NCBI GenBank assembly: GCA_964016885.1
Contig: OZ024757.1
Span: 20,832,001 to 20,896,000 of the forward strand
DNA: 64,000 nt
Source of the DNA: Eledone cirrhosa
Taxonomy: Eukaryota
Direction of reading: 5' to 3'
Shown here: piece by piece, positions 40,855-54,964 of the stretch
How positions within the stretch are numbered: position 1 is the first letter of the stretch
Layout of the letters: each line of letters opens with the position of its first letter
Notes under the pieces: model-generated
Databases searched by the model: none
The model's input: only the letters and a program-made list of their open reading frames with translations
Told to the model about the DNA's origin: nothing
Made by a program: the position numbers and the translations under genes

Positions 40855-41930
40855 AATACATCACAGCTTACCATACTTTTAATACATCACAGCTTACCAT
40901 ACTTTTAATATATCACAGTTTACCATACTTTTAATACATCACAGTTTACCATACTTTTAATATATCAGTTTACCATACTTTTAATATATCACAGCTTACC
41001 ATACTTTTAATATATCACAGTTTACCATACTTTTAATACATCACAGTTTACCATACTTTTAATATATCACAGTTTACCATATTTTTAATACATCACAGTT
41101 TACCATACTTTTAATACATCACAGTTTACCATACTTTTAATATATCACAGTTTACCATACTTTTAATACATCACAGCTTACCATACTTTTAATACATCAC
41201 AGCTTACCATACTTTTAATACATCACAGCTTACCATACTTTTAATACATCACAGCTTACCATACTTTTAATATATCACAGTTTACCATACTTTTAATATA
41301 TCACAGTTTACCATACTTTTAATATATCACAGTTTACCATATTTTTAATATATCACAGCTTACCATACTTTTAATATATCACAGTTTACCATACTTTTAA
41401 TATATCACAGCTTACCATACTTTTAATACATCACAGCTTACCATACTTTTAATATATCACAGTTTACCATACTTTTAATATATCACAGCTTACCATACTT
41501 TTAATACATCACAGCTTACCATACTTTTAATATATCACAGTTTACCATACTTTTAATATATCACAGTTTACCATACTTTTAATATATCACAGTTTACCAT
41601 ACTTTTAATATATCACAGTTTACCATACTTTTAATATATCACAGTTTACCATACTTTTAATATATCACAGCTTACCATACTTTTAATATATCACAGTTTA
41701 CCATACTTTTAATATATCACAGTTTACCATACTTTTAATACATCACAGCTTACCATACTTTTAATACATCACAGCTTACCATACTTTTAATATATCACAG
41801 TTTACCATACTTTTAATACATAACAGCTTACCATACTTTTAATACATCACAGCTTACCATACTTTTAATATATCACAGTTTACCATACTTTTAATATATC
41901 ACAGCTTACCATACTTTTAATATATCACAA
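40855..41930. repeat. 26-bp minisatellite (tcacagYttaccatacttttaataYa), about 41 copies
   Basis: Unit starts 40861, 40887 etc. Confidence 0.97.
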
Positions 41931-42112
41931 TTTTCTATACTTTACACACATCATGGTCTTCCATAATTTAAATATATTACAATCTCCTGCACTTGAAATA
42001 TATAACAATTTTAAATAATATTAGTCATCCATATTTTTTTAATATTTTAGATTTCACATTCTTTAAATATATTACAGTGTTCCATACTTTAAATATATTA
42101 AAAAGGGTAAAC

Positions 42113-42600
42113 ACTCTCTTCAGTCACAAATGATCATGTGATTCGCACCAGAAAGTTCCCCTCTGAGGTACAAGTCTGGGCAAGGTTGTTTGGGGAAGTC
42201 CAGCAGTCACCCATGCATACTAGTTTCCCCTCTCCCTACCACTGATATTGTCCAAGGGAAAGGAATGGCTAATACAGCTTGGCACCAATGATGTTACAAC
42301 ACATATATACACTGTATATATACACTGTATCTATACTCTATGTATACTCTCTCTATACACAATTCATACACTGTATACTCTCTATATATACACTATATAT
42401 GATGTTATCCAAGGGAAAAGCAATGGCTGATACAGCTTAGCACCAGTGATATCGCAACTCATTTCTACAGCTGAATAAACTGGAGCAATGTGAAACAAAG
42501 TGTCTTGCTCAAGGACACAACACATCACCCGGTCCAGAAATTGAACTCACAACCTCATGATTGCAAGCTGAATGTTCTAACCACTAAGCAATGTATCTTC
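42113..42600 (-). mobile_element. SINE with family A head/core but a different tail; relatives at 50020-50335 and 3625-3720
   Basis: Core gtgtcttgctcaagg/ctggagcaa joined to agaaagttccctctgagg..gggcaaggttg tail. Confidence 0.8.
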
Positions 42601-42694
42601 TTTTAAATATAACCCCTCCCATATTTAAATATATTACTGGTTTCGTGTATCTTAATTATATTATAGACTTCCATACTTTAAACATATAACAGCC

Positions 42695-43200
42695 CCTTCT
42701 TTTTTCTTCATCCACTTGTTCCTAGGAAGGTCGTGGGGGCAGTCCTCAGTCTTGTCCTCCAGTGGGTCCTGTCTAAAGTAACCACCTCCAAAATAGATCT
42801 GACTGGATTTCCAATCGAGACAAACTGAGCTCTTGGATGTTATCCAACCAGCCATATTCCTTGGATGCCCTGCAGGTTGGTTTTGCTCATAAAGTTCTGT
42901 GTTTCATTCCTGAGCCACTCTAACCATATGTCCATAATATCAGAGCTGTGATCTCTCAATTTGGAGCAGTAACGGCTCCACCTGGAACAACTCTGATATC
43001 TGAGCTGTGAATACTATTGAGTAATGTGACTCCAAAGACTCTTTGGAGAAACCCCATTCGGGCTGCTTGTCCTCGCAATCATATTCTTTTGGTCATTAAC
43101 CAAAATTCATGGCCATAGGTAAGGTTTGGCATGAACACTGAGTTGAAGATTACATCTACCTCCCTTCTTCTGATAACCAAGTGCTGAAGTTGGCACATTA
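42695..43200 (-). mobile_element. RTE-clade LINE family 3 (Rex3/Expander-like), decayed
   Basis: Translates IFNSVFMPNLTYGHEFWLMTKRI*LRGQAARMGFLQRVFGVTL. Confidence 0.75.
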
Positions 43201-44484
43201 CTGCACCAGTTCCAACAATTACAGTCTCCCATATTTAAGCATATTACAGTCTTCCATAGTTTAAGCCAAGTAAAATATGTTGAAATATTTTTGTTAGTAA
43301 AAATCGGTAGACATCTTGTAAAAAATAAATCTAAAACAAATGCACACAAAACCAAACAAAATATCAATTATATTTCTTTAGTACCTTCCATATGATTTCC
43401 TATATTTTCTTGATAAAAGATATAGACTTTTATTAAAATATTTCCTATTTATCGAAGAAACCTCTGTTGAACAGCTAACAACTCAGATAGCAACGATAAT
43501 ATATACATTTTCAAGATAGCAGAGCTTTTTTTATATATTATTTTTATGTTTTTCTAATCAATCTGTAAATATTAAAGCAAGAATTTGTTTTTAGTCTTTG
43601 TTGTTTAAAGTGGAGCAATTTTTAACCATACTGAGGTGTATGAGGTAGTTAGATGGAGAGAAGGAGGAACAGAGACAGACATAGAGAGAGGGGGGGGGGG
43701 AGAACAAGTAGATGAAGAGAGGAGGGAGAAAAGAGAAAGGGGGAAGATGAGAGAAGAGAGAGGGTGAAAAGAAAGGGGAAGAAGAGAAAGAAGGAGAAGA
43801 GAGAAAGGGAGAGGAGAGAAGGGAGAGAAAAAGGAGGTGAAAGAAAGGGAAAAGAAACAGACAGATTGAAAGACCCCCACCCACCCCAAAAATGTAATTT
43901 TCATGACAAAATCTTGTTAAAAATATTGAATGAGAAATGTTGATAATACATAAAGATCTGGTTATATATCTCTTTTCCTTTCAAACTTCATTAATCTATT
44001 GATTTTTTCTAATAAAATAAACACCTTAACTTAATAACACGCTAGTCATTGAAAAATAGACTTGTGGACTAAATAAATGACAAAATGTATACTATTAAAA
44101 AATAACAACAACATATGTAAGTCTTATCAAATTACAAGATAATCACCTCAAACAAATCGAATTGACACAATACTGAATTTATTTTCACACACATTTCTTT
44201 AATATCAGATTCAGTTTTAAAAGAGGTAATAAGTGTTTTGGCAATAATAATGTATTTTTTTCTACATCAAAATTATCACAATTTTGGTTGGAAACCAGGC
44301 ACACACAGATAGAACAAGCAACCAACTAGTGACAAGTAAATAAACATATAAGTAAATAAACATATAAATAAATAAACAAAAACACACACATCTGGCTCTA
44401 ACACATGCACAAACCCAAGCCCACAACATACAAAAACAAGATAGTGTAGGACAGAACAAAGGAGAGACATAAAATAAGAAATCA

Positions 44485-44527
44485 GTCACTGAGGAGGTCA
44501 CACAATGTGTGCCAAAAGAGCTTTGAC
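44485..44527 (+). ncRNA. Decayed hammerhead motif, sister of 31335
   Basis: GTCA-CTGAGGA-GGTCACA..TGTGCC-AAAA-GAGC-TT-TGAC; GAAA mutated. Confidence 0.55.
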
Positions 44528-44640
44528 ACTATATAAGTGACCATCTGGTTATTGAACCAACCAACTGGGACTTTACAATCAATTGAAGTGCAAACCAACA
44601 AATGCATGTGTTTTTATTGGCAGTATGGCTCCCAAAGTAT

Positions 44641-44681
<41 letters not shown>

Positions 44682-44686
44682 GATAA

Positions 44687-44724
44687 ATCTACCAAGAGTT
44701 TACGGTAGTAAACTCTTGGTAGAT
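44687..44724. repeat. 17-bp-arm perfect inverted repeat between (TA)n tracts
   Basis: atctaccaagagtttac ggta gtaaactcttggtagat. Confidence 0.85.
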
Positions 44725-46559
44725 ATATATATATATATAAAAACATATAAACATATATATAATCTTGCATGTTGTAAGATTGACTTGTTCGGAAGAGCAT
44801 TTGGCTGTAAAACATTGCTTTAAAGAGCCCCACCCAACCCAAGCCTGCATAGAATGTGTTGAAAATGATAATGATAATATATATAAATGTATATATTATT
44901 TATCATCATCATCATTGTTTAACCTCCACTTTCCATGCTAGCATGGGTTATATATGTACAAATTGGTATTAATCAATTTGAGACATCGAGATTACAATTA
45001 AATGAGTGAAAATCCATGAGCAGATTGGTTCCACGTCTGTTAAAGACACATAGCATGCAGATCTGTTAAAGACACATACCATGCTGATCTGTCACAATAG
45101 ATTGAGATTTGGTTTACAATAAAAATCCTGCTTGACAATACTGTCTTAACTTACAGTAAATCTGACCAATGCTGTTGGTCAGCTGTTAGGGCAGTGGTTC
45201 CCAATCTTTTGTACCTCATGCCCCACCTCAATACCTCAAAAACTGTTATGCTCCCCCGCCCCTCTCTTTGATATGAAAACAATGAGGATCAACAAATTGA
45301 TGTATAGGTGGTGCCAGATGCACAATAACATGTGTGGAGGAGGTGAGACAGGAGTGTACAATTAGTAATGTGTACCAAAGTTGCCTTGGTGTAAAAAAGT
45401 AATAAGGTAAAACCTGCAGTTTGTTCTGATTAACATCATTTTCAAATTACCCCACTTAAATATTCAAATTGCCACCCCCTCCATCCCCCACCCTCCAATG
45501 TTAGACTGACTCACTAACTTGACTGAATTGTAAACATTTAGTTAAAAGAGGGATGCCATCGAATCAATTTTCAGATAATTTGTTTCCTTAATTAGGCAGA
45601 TTAAGAATAACACAGATTAGGATTTGAAAGATAGCAACGTGTAAAAATTAATTAAGCCATTAAAAACAAACAAACAACAGTGAAGTGTTTTATTTTAGAA
45701 TTTAGTACTTAAAGTATTGAGATGGTTGATGATATAGGAATCTTTTGTTTAGTGCAATGGCTACCTGAAGAAATTTAATTGTCTTAAAAAATATTTGTAA
45801 TACAAACAAAATGTTTGTAAAATATCAGATATTGGTGGCTATTAATTGAAATCTTTGATCAATACCAGAATGATGTGTGGGGCGGTGGAAGAGGGAGAGT
45901 GTATAGGAAAAGTCTCCTTGAATTCTCTCAAAGCCCATACCACTGAGAAAATCGAAAGAGCTTTCATGGTTGAGTATTCCACAAACATGTGTATTCTTAA
46001 TGTTCTCAGGAAGATTCAGTATGTGAATGTGACAAGATTTGAATTACAGGTACTTTATTTGTCAGCTGAGTGAACAGCAGCAACATGAAAATAGAGTGTC
46101 TTGCTCAGGGACTCAATGACAGCCTGGTGCAGGAAATGAACTCATGACCTTATGATTGTGAGGTGAACACCCTAACCACTAAGCCACACACCTTAGATAG
46201 TTGTAGCTATATATACTGGTCAGGCTTCTGCCTGCTACTGGTACTATGTAACCTAATACAACCCGTTTCATGGTTGGTAACTAAACCAGCTCCCTCGCCA
46301 GACCCTGGTCTGATGAGTAAGTGGAATCCCAGTAGCACAAAGAGCTGTTATAAAAGCAGATGACTCTTCAGAGTTAATTAGGGGTTAGTCTCACCAACCA
46401 TACCAAAAATAACACTACCAGGCACTACACATATATTACAAAGAGTACTCTCAATACAATAGAAAGAACACCACCAAAAACCTGACTGCATGTAGACAAG
46501 GCTTACAGAGTTGTGCTCGGTAATGCACAATAAAAATAAACTAACAATCATCATATTAA

Positions 46560-47550
46560 TAATGGTTTCTGATTTAGGCACAAGGCCAGCAATTACCCAG
46601 TGCATTACTGGTACTTTATTTTATCGACCCTGTAAGGATGAAAGGCAAAGTCAACCTCAGCGGGATTTGAACTCAGATCGTAAAGGGACGTAACTATGCT
46701 GGAAAGCATGGCGGCCGACCCTCTACTGATACTGCCAATCCAATGGTTTCTGATTTAGGCACAAAGCCAACAATTTTGGGGGAGGGAGAAGTCAATTGAA
46801 ATTACCAGTGCATTACTGGTACTTTATTTCATTGACCCCATAAGGATGAAAAGCAAAGCTAATCTTGGCAAGGTCTCTATGCTGCAAAGCAGGGTGTCTA
46901 ACGTTCTACTGATATTGCCAACCCACTACTTATAATACAAGAGTCAGCTGAAAACTTCAATGGCTGACTAAGATACTCTCATGGAATGATAAAATGAGGT
47001 TTATTTTTCAACATAGCCCCTGGAAAGAAACAATGCAGTTATTAATAAGAAGAGTAGGGCGGTGGATTGACAGTGTCGTTAGAGAGTCGGACGCTATACT
47101 TTGCAGTATAGTGTTACGCCCCTTTACTCTCTGAGTTCAAATCTCGCTTAGGTTAGCTTTGCCTTTCATCCTTACGGAGTCGATAAAATAAAGCACCAGT
47201 TATGCACTGGGGTCGATTTACTCGACTTTCCCCCTCCTCTAAAATTGCTGGCCTTGTGCCTATAGTAGAAATCATTATTAATAAGAAGAGTTGAAATTAA
47301 AGCATGCAAGATTTCACAGCTTTTGCATCACTCCTTCATACTCAGCCTATTAACTATTCAGCTGAGCCTTGTGATAATAATTGTTTCTACTTATGGCACA
47401 AGGCCAGCAATTACCCAGTGCATTACTGGTACTTTATTTTATCGACCCAGTAAGGATGAAAGGCAAAGTTAACCTCGGCGGGATTTGAACTCAGATCATA
47501 AAGGGCCGTAACTCTATGCTTCAAAGCATGACGTCCGACCCTCTACCGAT
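46560..47550. mobile_element. Cluster of four SINE family B copies
   Basis: About 46560-46741(-), 46743-46925(-), 47056-47280(+, TSD ttattaataagaagagt), 47378-47550(-). Confidence 0.88.
46938..47371 (-). mobile_element. Mariner-derived MITE interrupted by a SINE
   Basis: Ends TAcaagagtcagctgaa and ttcagctgagccttg; homologous to 21370-21710. Confidence 0.7.
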
Positions 47551-47739
47551 GTGATAATAATAATAATTTGCTGCCATAAATGATATATGTGTGTCTGAGA
47601 TTCGTTGATCTTTGATAGTTGCAGCAAGATAGAAATGTCCAAGAATTTCAATAGAAGTATTTTATTAGTTATGGAATATGGTTTTGAGGAATTTACCAAT
47701 GTATCTTACATGAATCTTCCAAAGTGAAAAAAGATCAAA

Positions 47740-48287
47740 GACAAACATCTGCTCTTTATATTTGGAGACTAGCAGAAAACCACCCAGTGGGCGGTTTTCT
47801 GCTAGTCTATATATCTAAAACAGAGAATGTCTGTCTGTCTGTCAGCTCACTAAAACTTGAGAACCATCCAACCGATTGTTTTCAAACTTTAGAGATGTAA
47901 TACTTATGGTCCTGTGAGTGTTTTGAGCAAAAATTATTTCAAATTTTCAATGCCCTAGGGACCGCATTACGCGATTTAGCGTTCTCTCTGTATAATTCTT
48001 AGTCTTTCTTTATAGATAGATACATAGATATAACGTTGCGCCCTTATAATATCTGTCTGTATGTCTGGCTGTCTGCATTACGTCATTATGACGCGCTCAG
48101 TGTGTGTGTGTGTATATATATATGTATCGTAATGCAGACAGCAAGACATAGCTTTCCTTCCCCTCTTCCAGCGTCTCTCTCTCTCCCTCCCGCTATCCCC
48201 CTCTTGTAGTCTGTCTCTTTCTTTCTCTCTCACTCTCTACGCGTCAGACAGACAGACAGAGAAATTGCTGGTTATATATTATAAGAA
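47740..48287. mobile_element. Cluster of Helitron-like termini
   Basis: CTAG-ended hairpin 47769-47805; TC-starting AT-rich ends followed by (GTCT)n at 47806(+) and 48286(-), similar end at 47768(-). Confidence 0.5.
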
Positions 48288-48607
48288 GATTGTTGGAGAA
48301 ATAGAAATATAACGAAAAACTGTTAGAGTCATTAACCTTTTCATGAGAATATTTCTAATACAAAAATAAAATAAAAAATAAAACTAGAATGCTGAAGTGT
48401 TTCAATTAAGCTTCAATATAATGAAACCTATGAAGGGTGAAACAGCTGTAGAAACCTGGAAGTTGGTGAAGGCAGGTGGCATAGTGGTTAGAGTGTTGGG
48501 CTCATGAACGTGATGTTGTGAGGTCAATTCCTGGCCAGGCAGAGCATTGTGTCCTAGAGCAAAACATTTTATTTCACATTACATCAGTTCACTCACACAC
48601 ACACACA

Positions 48608-48733
48608 CAGAGTGGGGTGCAAAAGTGACGCCCCATTAAAATAACACTTTGCCATAATATCTTCATATCTGTGAGATTTCTAAACGCGATAAATGTTCAT
48701 AAAATGATATTCCTAACTTTTGCACCCATCCTG
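48608..48733. mobile_element. Small Tc1/mariner-like MITE
   Basis: Imperfect TIRs cagagtggggtgcaaaagt / acttttgcacccatcctg. Confidence 0.55.
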
Positions 48734-48950
48734 TCATCATCGCTTTTACATCCACTTTACCATGGTGATACAGCTTAGATGTCTTCAGATAATCTTTCAC
48801 AGCCTTTCCTGATGCCAACCATTTCCCTTGATTCTTACAACACACACACAAATACTGTGCATCTATGGTAAAACACGTGATAAAAACACCATATATACAT
48901 ATATATGCAATCAAAATGTTCAACTCACAACCTTTCGATTGCAAGGACAA

Positions 48951-49825
48951 TGGCTTAGTGGTTAGAGCATTGGCCTTGCAATCGAAAGGTTGTGAGTTCA
49001 ATTCTCGGAGCGGGGGATGTGTTGTTTCCTTGAGCAAGACACTTTATTTCATATTGCTCCAGTTTACTCAGCTGTAGAAATGAGATGATAGGGACTGGGA
49101 TCCCTATCATTCCACTGCAAAGTGGTCATGTAGGTGTCATGACAAAAAGCATCCAGCCCACACTGTAAAGTGGTCATGTAGGTGTCACGACAAAAAGCAC
49201 CCAGCCCACACTGTAAAGTGGTCATGTAGGTGTCACAACAAAAAGCACCCAGCCCACACTGTAAAGTGGTCATGTAGGTGTCAAGACAAAAAGCACCCAG
49301 ACCACACTGTAAAGTGGTCATGTAGGTGTTCATGACAAAAAGCACCCAGCCCACACTGTAAAGTGGTCATGTAGGTGTCACGACAAAAAGCACCCAGCCC
49401 ACACTGTAAAGTGGTCATGTAGGTGTCACGACAAAAAGCACCCAGCCCACACTGTAAAGTGGTCATGTAGGTGTCACGACAAAAAGCACCCAGCCCACAC
49501 TGTAAAGTGGTCATGTAGGTGTCACGACAAAAAGCATCCAGCCCACACTGTAAAGTGGTCATGTAGATGTTCACGACAAAAAGCATCCAGCCCACACTAT
49601 AAAATGGTCATGTAAAAGACACGGCAAAAGGCTCCCAGCATGCACTGTAAATATGGTTGATGTTAGAAAGGGCATCCAGCCATAGAAAACCAGCCAGAAA
49701 CAGTTCTGTATGAGTGAGACACAGGCACCCAACCCAACCCAACTTTCCTCTAAATGGGACAAACCCGTCCAACCATGCTTGTGTGAAAGATAGACATTAA
49801 ATGATGATGATGATGATGATGATGA
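48951..49825 (+). mobile_element. SINE family A-type with about 11 tandem 48-bp internal units
   Basis: Head and core 48951-49110, array 49113-49645, older-type 3' end and (ATG)n. Confidence 0.9.
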
Positions 49826-50369
49826 TTGTCATTAAACCAGACCATTACTTAGAATTATATATGAGGTGGTGAGAGCAGACCTCAGATCGCTGAAACTCAC
49901 GGGGAGGAGATGACGAAGGACTGTGACGGGTGGAGAGGTGCTGTGCTGAGTAGGACCCGTCCCACTCTTGCAAGCAGGGAAAAGCTAACGTAAAATGATG
50001 ATGATGATGATTATATAAAGACCTCTGTCAGTCATGAAGGACCATGGAATTTGCTCCTAGAAAGTTTCCTTTCTAGGCACAAACAAGTCTGGGCAAGGTT
50101 GGTTGTGGAAGACCAGCAGTCACTCATGTATACCAGTCTTCCCTCGCCATGTCACCGATGTTGTCCAAGGTGAAGGCCATGGCTGATACAACTTGGCAAC
50201 AGTGGTGTCACAATTTATTTCTACTGAACTGGAGCAATATGAAATAAAGTGTCTTGCTCAAGGAAATTGAGTGGTCCGGGAATCGAGCTTAGAACCTCAT
50301 GACTGCAAGCCCAACGCTCTAACCCATGCATCTGTACTGTATATATATGTATATATGTGTGTGTGTGTA

Positions 50370-50404
<35 letters not shown>

Positions 50405-51002
50405 GTCAATGGAAGCCTTGAAGTGTGTGTGGGCGGGGGGGGGGGGGGGGGGGGGGAGAGAAAACCTGGGATTAGGCGATAAAAGCTTATCTTACCCAAC
50501 TGCACCTCTCATAGGCGATGACAGAGGACCAAGATCTCTGGCATTACACAGTAATACAGAAGACACGGGTGTATGTCGAAGCTGAAACATATAGACAGTA
50601 TGTCTCTACACGCCCTCCCACTGTAAAGTGTTTATGTAGGAGTCATGACAAAAAGTACCCAGTACACACTGTAAATGAGGTTGATGTAAGGAAGGGCATC
50701 CACCGGTAGAAATCAAGCCAAAATCAGTTCCCGTATGAGAAAGACATGGTCACCTGACCTGGCATTGCCCACAACAGGACAATTCTTCTAACCCATGCCA
50801 GCATAAAAAAATGAACGTAAAACGATGATGATGATGACATACATCGATTATGTATATCATCATCATCATTCCCGTTTAACACCCATTTTTCCATGCTGGC
50901 ATGAGTTAGATATACATACATATATATATATATAATCCAGGCGGAACATGAACTGTTAAGGTCAGACTCCTGGGTATGTCACTATTTATAAAACAAACTT
51001 TG

Positions 51003-51063
51003 TATTTTATCTGATGAGAGAGTACCAAAGTTTTGGTACCCTTGAAATATATATAATAGAATA
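51003..51063 (+). ncRNA. Type I hammerhead motif in remnant 50935-51190 (family of 5296-5740)
   Basis: TATTTTAT-CTGATGA-GAGAGTACCAAA..TTTGGTACCCTT-GAAA-TATAT-ATA-ATAGAATA. Confidence 0.8.
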
Positions 51064-51959
51064 AATATGGTTTTATAAATATAGTTTCCATTTATTAATA
51101 TCATTGATATTATACTCCAGAAAACTTGTCGAGTGCTTCGAATCTGTTATAAATATATTTGTTGAATTACCAACAAATTCAATATCCCTTTGCTTATAAA
51201 TATGTATGTATATGTCAGTAGGCACCTCTTAACCAAATATACACCCCAATCCACTACCCCTACCCTATCCTCCCACTCCCACCAACACCACCCCCTCTCT
51301 GTAAAGTTGGTACCACAACATCCAGTCCAAATAAATGAGATAATGAGATTGAGATCGTGTAGGTGTCACGGCAAAGAAACACACAGTCCACGCTGTAATG
51401 TGGCCATGTAGGTGACACAGTAAAAAGTTCCCAGTTCCACACTGTAAACGTGGTTGGTGTTAGGAAGGGCATCCAGCCGTAGAAAACCTGCCAGACAGTC
51501 CTATACGAGCGAGACACGGTCACCCGACCAACCTTGCCTCAAGTAGGACAACTCCCGTCTAACCCATGCTAGCGTGGAAGATGGACGTTAAACGAAGATG
51601 ATGATGACGATGACGATGATATACACATATATATATATATATATGAATTGATAGATAGACAGATATGTGCATGTGCATGTGTATGTGTGTGTATGTGCAT
51701 GTGTATGTGTGGTATGTTTATAATGTGGCTTGTAATAGTGTAGTAGACAGGAGGTCTGACTAGAATTATGTACTCTTACAATAAGACTGAGAGATGGTTG
51801 GAATGGTAGATGTCTGTTGTGCCTGACAGAGATAAAGACGGCATAATGACATCATAATATATGATAAATATTTGTTTATCACGAGGCTAGAAGAGACAGA
51901 ATAAAATGAGATTAATTATAAAGTGCATCAGTTCAAACATACTCAGTTTATGTGTGCCT

Positions 51960-52095
51960 ATGTGTGTGTGTGTGTATAAATATATATATATATATATATA
52001 ATATATATATATATATACATACATAAATAAATACATACATACATATATATACATACATAAATACATACATACATATATATACATATATATTGATA

Positions 52096-52126
<31 letters not shown>

Positions 52127-52421
52127 CACGTATACATATATATACATATACATATATATACATATACATACATATACATATATATTATTACATATAAACA
52201 TACATATATATACATATATATATATAAATATATATACATATATATGCAAATACATATGTATACATACATATATATATAAATATATATACATATATAAACA
52301 TATATACATATATATATAAACATATATACATATATATATATAAATATATATACATATGTATACATACATATATATACCCATATATATATATATATATAAA
52401 TATATATACTCATATATATAC

Positions 52422-52455
<34 letters not shown>

Positions 52456-52640
52456 ACATATACATACATATACGCACATGTGTGTGCGTGCATCTGTAGA
52501 TATGTATATATAAGTAAATATGTATATATATCCATATATATGTATAGATGTATATGTATAAGAAATTACGTAGCTATGCGTATGTGCGTATAATATATAT
52601 ATATGTGTGTGTGTATGTTTGATAGTGTGCATACACACAT
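51960..52640. repeat. (TA)/(CATA) compound microsatellite
   Basis: Direct inspection. Confidence 0.95.
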
Positions 52641-53129
52641 ACATCAATGCGTATGGCCTCCCCTACTCCCTGGGCCGTTATGAAATGAAATCATGCAGTA
52701 CTTTAATATTTTTTCATTCATATTTCATATTTTATGGTTGTCAGACCAGTCAAGATTAATTTAAATGAATAAGTTTTGAAAAAAACTAAAAGAAGCAAAA
52801 CAAAAAAAAAAAACCCCTTTTATTTCCACTTTTTTAGAGCAATTTGATTTATTTTAATTCTTTCTACTTAATTTTTTTTTTCCATAGTTTTTTCATATTG
52901 GCTTATCTCTTAAAATTTAATAAAAAAAACAAACCAAAGTAGTAGAAAAAATACTCTGTATTTGCAGTGGAAATATATTCTGTAAATATTATAAAGAAAA
53001 TTTAACCCTATCCTTTTAAGCAGCAGTTCCCAACCTTTTTGCATCACGGACCAGTGTCATCATCATCATCACCGTTTTACGTACGTTCTTCCACGCTAGC
53101 TGTCATACAAGACAATTTCTCCACAGACC

Positions 53130-53950
53130 ATCATCATTTCATCATTTCATTTTACGTCCGCTTTTTCCCGGCTTGCAAGGGTGGGACGGGAACTGATGCT
53201 GGCTTGATTTCTACAGCTGGATGCCCTTCCTAACACCAACCTCATTCACAGTGAGTGCTGAGTGCTTTTTTGCCGTGGCACCTCCACGACCACTTTGCAG
53301 TGGAATGATATGGACCCCAGTCCCTATCATCTCATTTCTACAGCTGAGTAAACTGGAGCAATGTGAAATAAAGTGTCTTGCTCAAGGAAACAACACATCA
53401 CCCGGTCTGAGAATTGAACTCACAACCTTTCGATTGCAAGCCCAATGCTCTAACCCCTAACCACTAAACCAGTAACTCATTAATCCTCTCTGTTTCAACA
53501 TCCTCCACTATTTCATCAATTCCGCTTGATGCAAGCCAAAAGAGGAACCATTGCTACCTTTTTAACTATAGCTTCTCCTGAATCTTCATAGCAAATATTG
53601 TTAGTGGCAGGCAGGATCAACTGTTCACCAATAGTGAAGGGTTTCTCAGTGGCCTAGTGACTGGGGATTACTGTTTTAAGGTACTGTGTTGTTTTCTTGA
53701 GCAAGACACTTTATTTCACATTGCTCCAGTTTACTCAGCTGTAGAAATGAGATGAAAGGACTGGGGTCCGTATCATTCCACTGTAAAGTGGTCGTGGAGG
53801 TGCCACGGCAAAAAAGCACCCAGCACTCACTGTAAATGAGGTTGGTGTTAGGAAGGGCATCCAGCTGTAGAAATCAAGCCAGAATCAGTTCCCGTCCCAC
53901 CCTTGCAAGCAGGGAAAAGTGGACGTAAAATGAAATGATGATGATGAAAT
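53130..53950. mobile_element. Two divergently oriented SINE family A copies
   Basis: 53130-53465(-) and 53686-53950(+). Confidence 0.9.
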
Positions 53951-54451
53951 GATACAATCAATGGAACAGCCTGCCCATGAAATTATGTTGTTTGAATTAT
54001 TTGTTTGAATTATGCTGTCGCATAAACAAAATAAATGAATAAATAAATAAACATATATAGGGTGTGATAAAGCTGGCTCTTTGAATTTACAGGTACAACT
54101 CCTTTTTTGCCAGGTGAGTGGACTGGAGCAACATGGAATAAACTGTTTTGCTGAAGGACACAACACACCACTGGGAATTGACCTCCTGACCATATGAATA
54201 GCCAAACAAAACAGCCAGGAGCCTTCTTAAATACATATAAAAAGCCATTGTCAGAAAAGACCAGGGGAAACTACGTTATCATTAGTCTTTCTATTGCAGA
54301 AACTGTTGCTCACAACTCCTGGAAGAAGAAGATTCGAGAGGTTAGAAGCTGAAACTGGCTAAGGTCACAATCAAACCACTACCTCATCAATATAAAAGAG
54401 CCAAGTGTCAGATGTGAGTGGAATTTGGTAGACAGAAACTGTAGAAGTCTG

Positions 54452-54517
<66 letters not shown>

Positions 54518-54611
54518 AAAAAAATATTAATAAAATAGATGTTCTTTTGATCAATTACATTTTATTATACATATTTCGGATGTACAACAGTACGTCCTCA
54601 TCAGACAAAAT

Positions 54612-54795
54612 ATAATTGTTTCTACTTTAGGCACAAGGCCAGCAATTACCCAGTGCATTACTGGTACTTTATTTTTATCTACCCCGTAAGGATGAAAGGC
54701 AAAGTCAACCTCGGCGGGATTTGAACTCAGATCGTAAAGGGATGTAACTATGCTGGACAGCATGGCGTCCGACCCTCTACCGATACTGCCAATCC
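54612..54795 (-). mobile_element. SINE family B with 11-bp TSD
   Basis: caaaatataat at 54606-54616 and 54795-54805. Confidence 0.9.
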
Positions 54796-54901
54796 AAAAT
54801 ATAATGATACATGACATACCCTGAGATGTTAAATGGTTAAGATTTAATCAAGGTAGTGATTAAATCTTAACCATTTAACATCTCAGGGTATGTCATGTAT
54901 C

Positions 54902-54964
54902 ATTATATTTTGTCTGATGAGGACGTACTGTTGTACATCCGAAATATGTATAATAAAATGTAAT
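54902..54964 (+). ncRNA. Type I hammerhead ribozyme motif
   Basis: ATTATATTTTGT-CTGATGA-GGACGTAC tgtt GTACATCC-GAAA-TATGT-ATA-ATAAAATGTAAT; 12-bp stem I. Confidence 0.85.

Noticed and set aside
13083-41930. 28-bp and 26-bp arrays (and the 48- and 95-bp arrays) as CRISPR
   Set aside because: Head-to-tail repeats without unique spacers, no cas genes, eukaryotic context
46305-48456. Further hammerhead half-motifs (CTGATGAG at 46309; GAAACAGCTGTA at 48439; CTGATGA at 27186 and 57363)
   Set aside because: Partner core strand or closing stems not found
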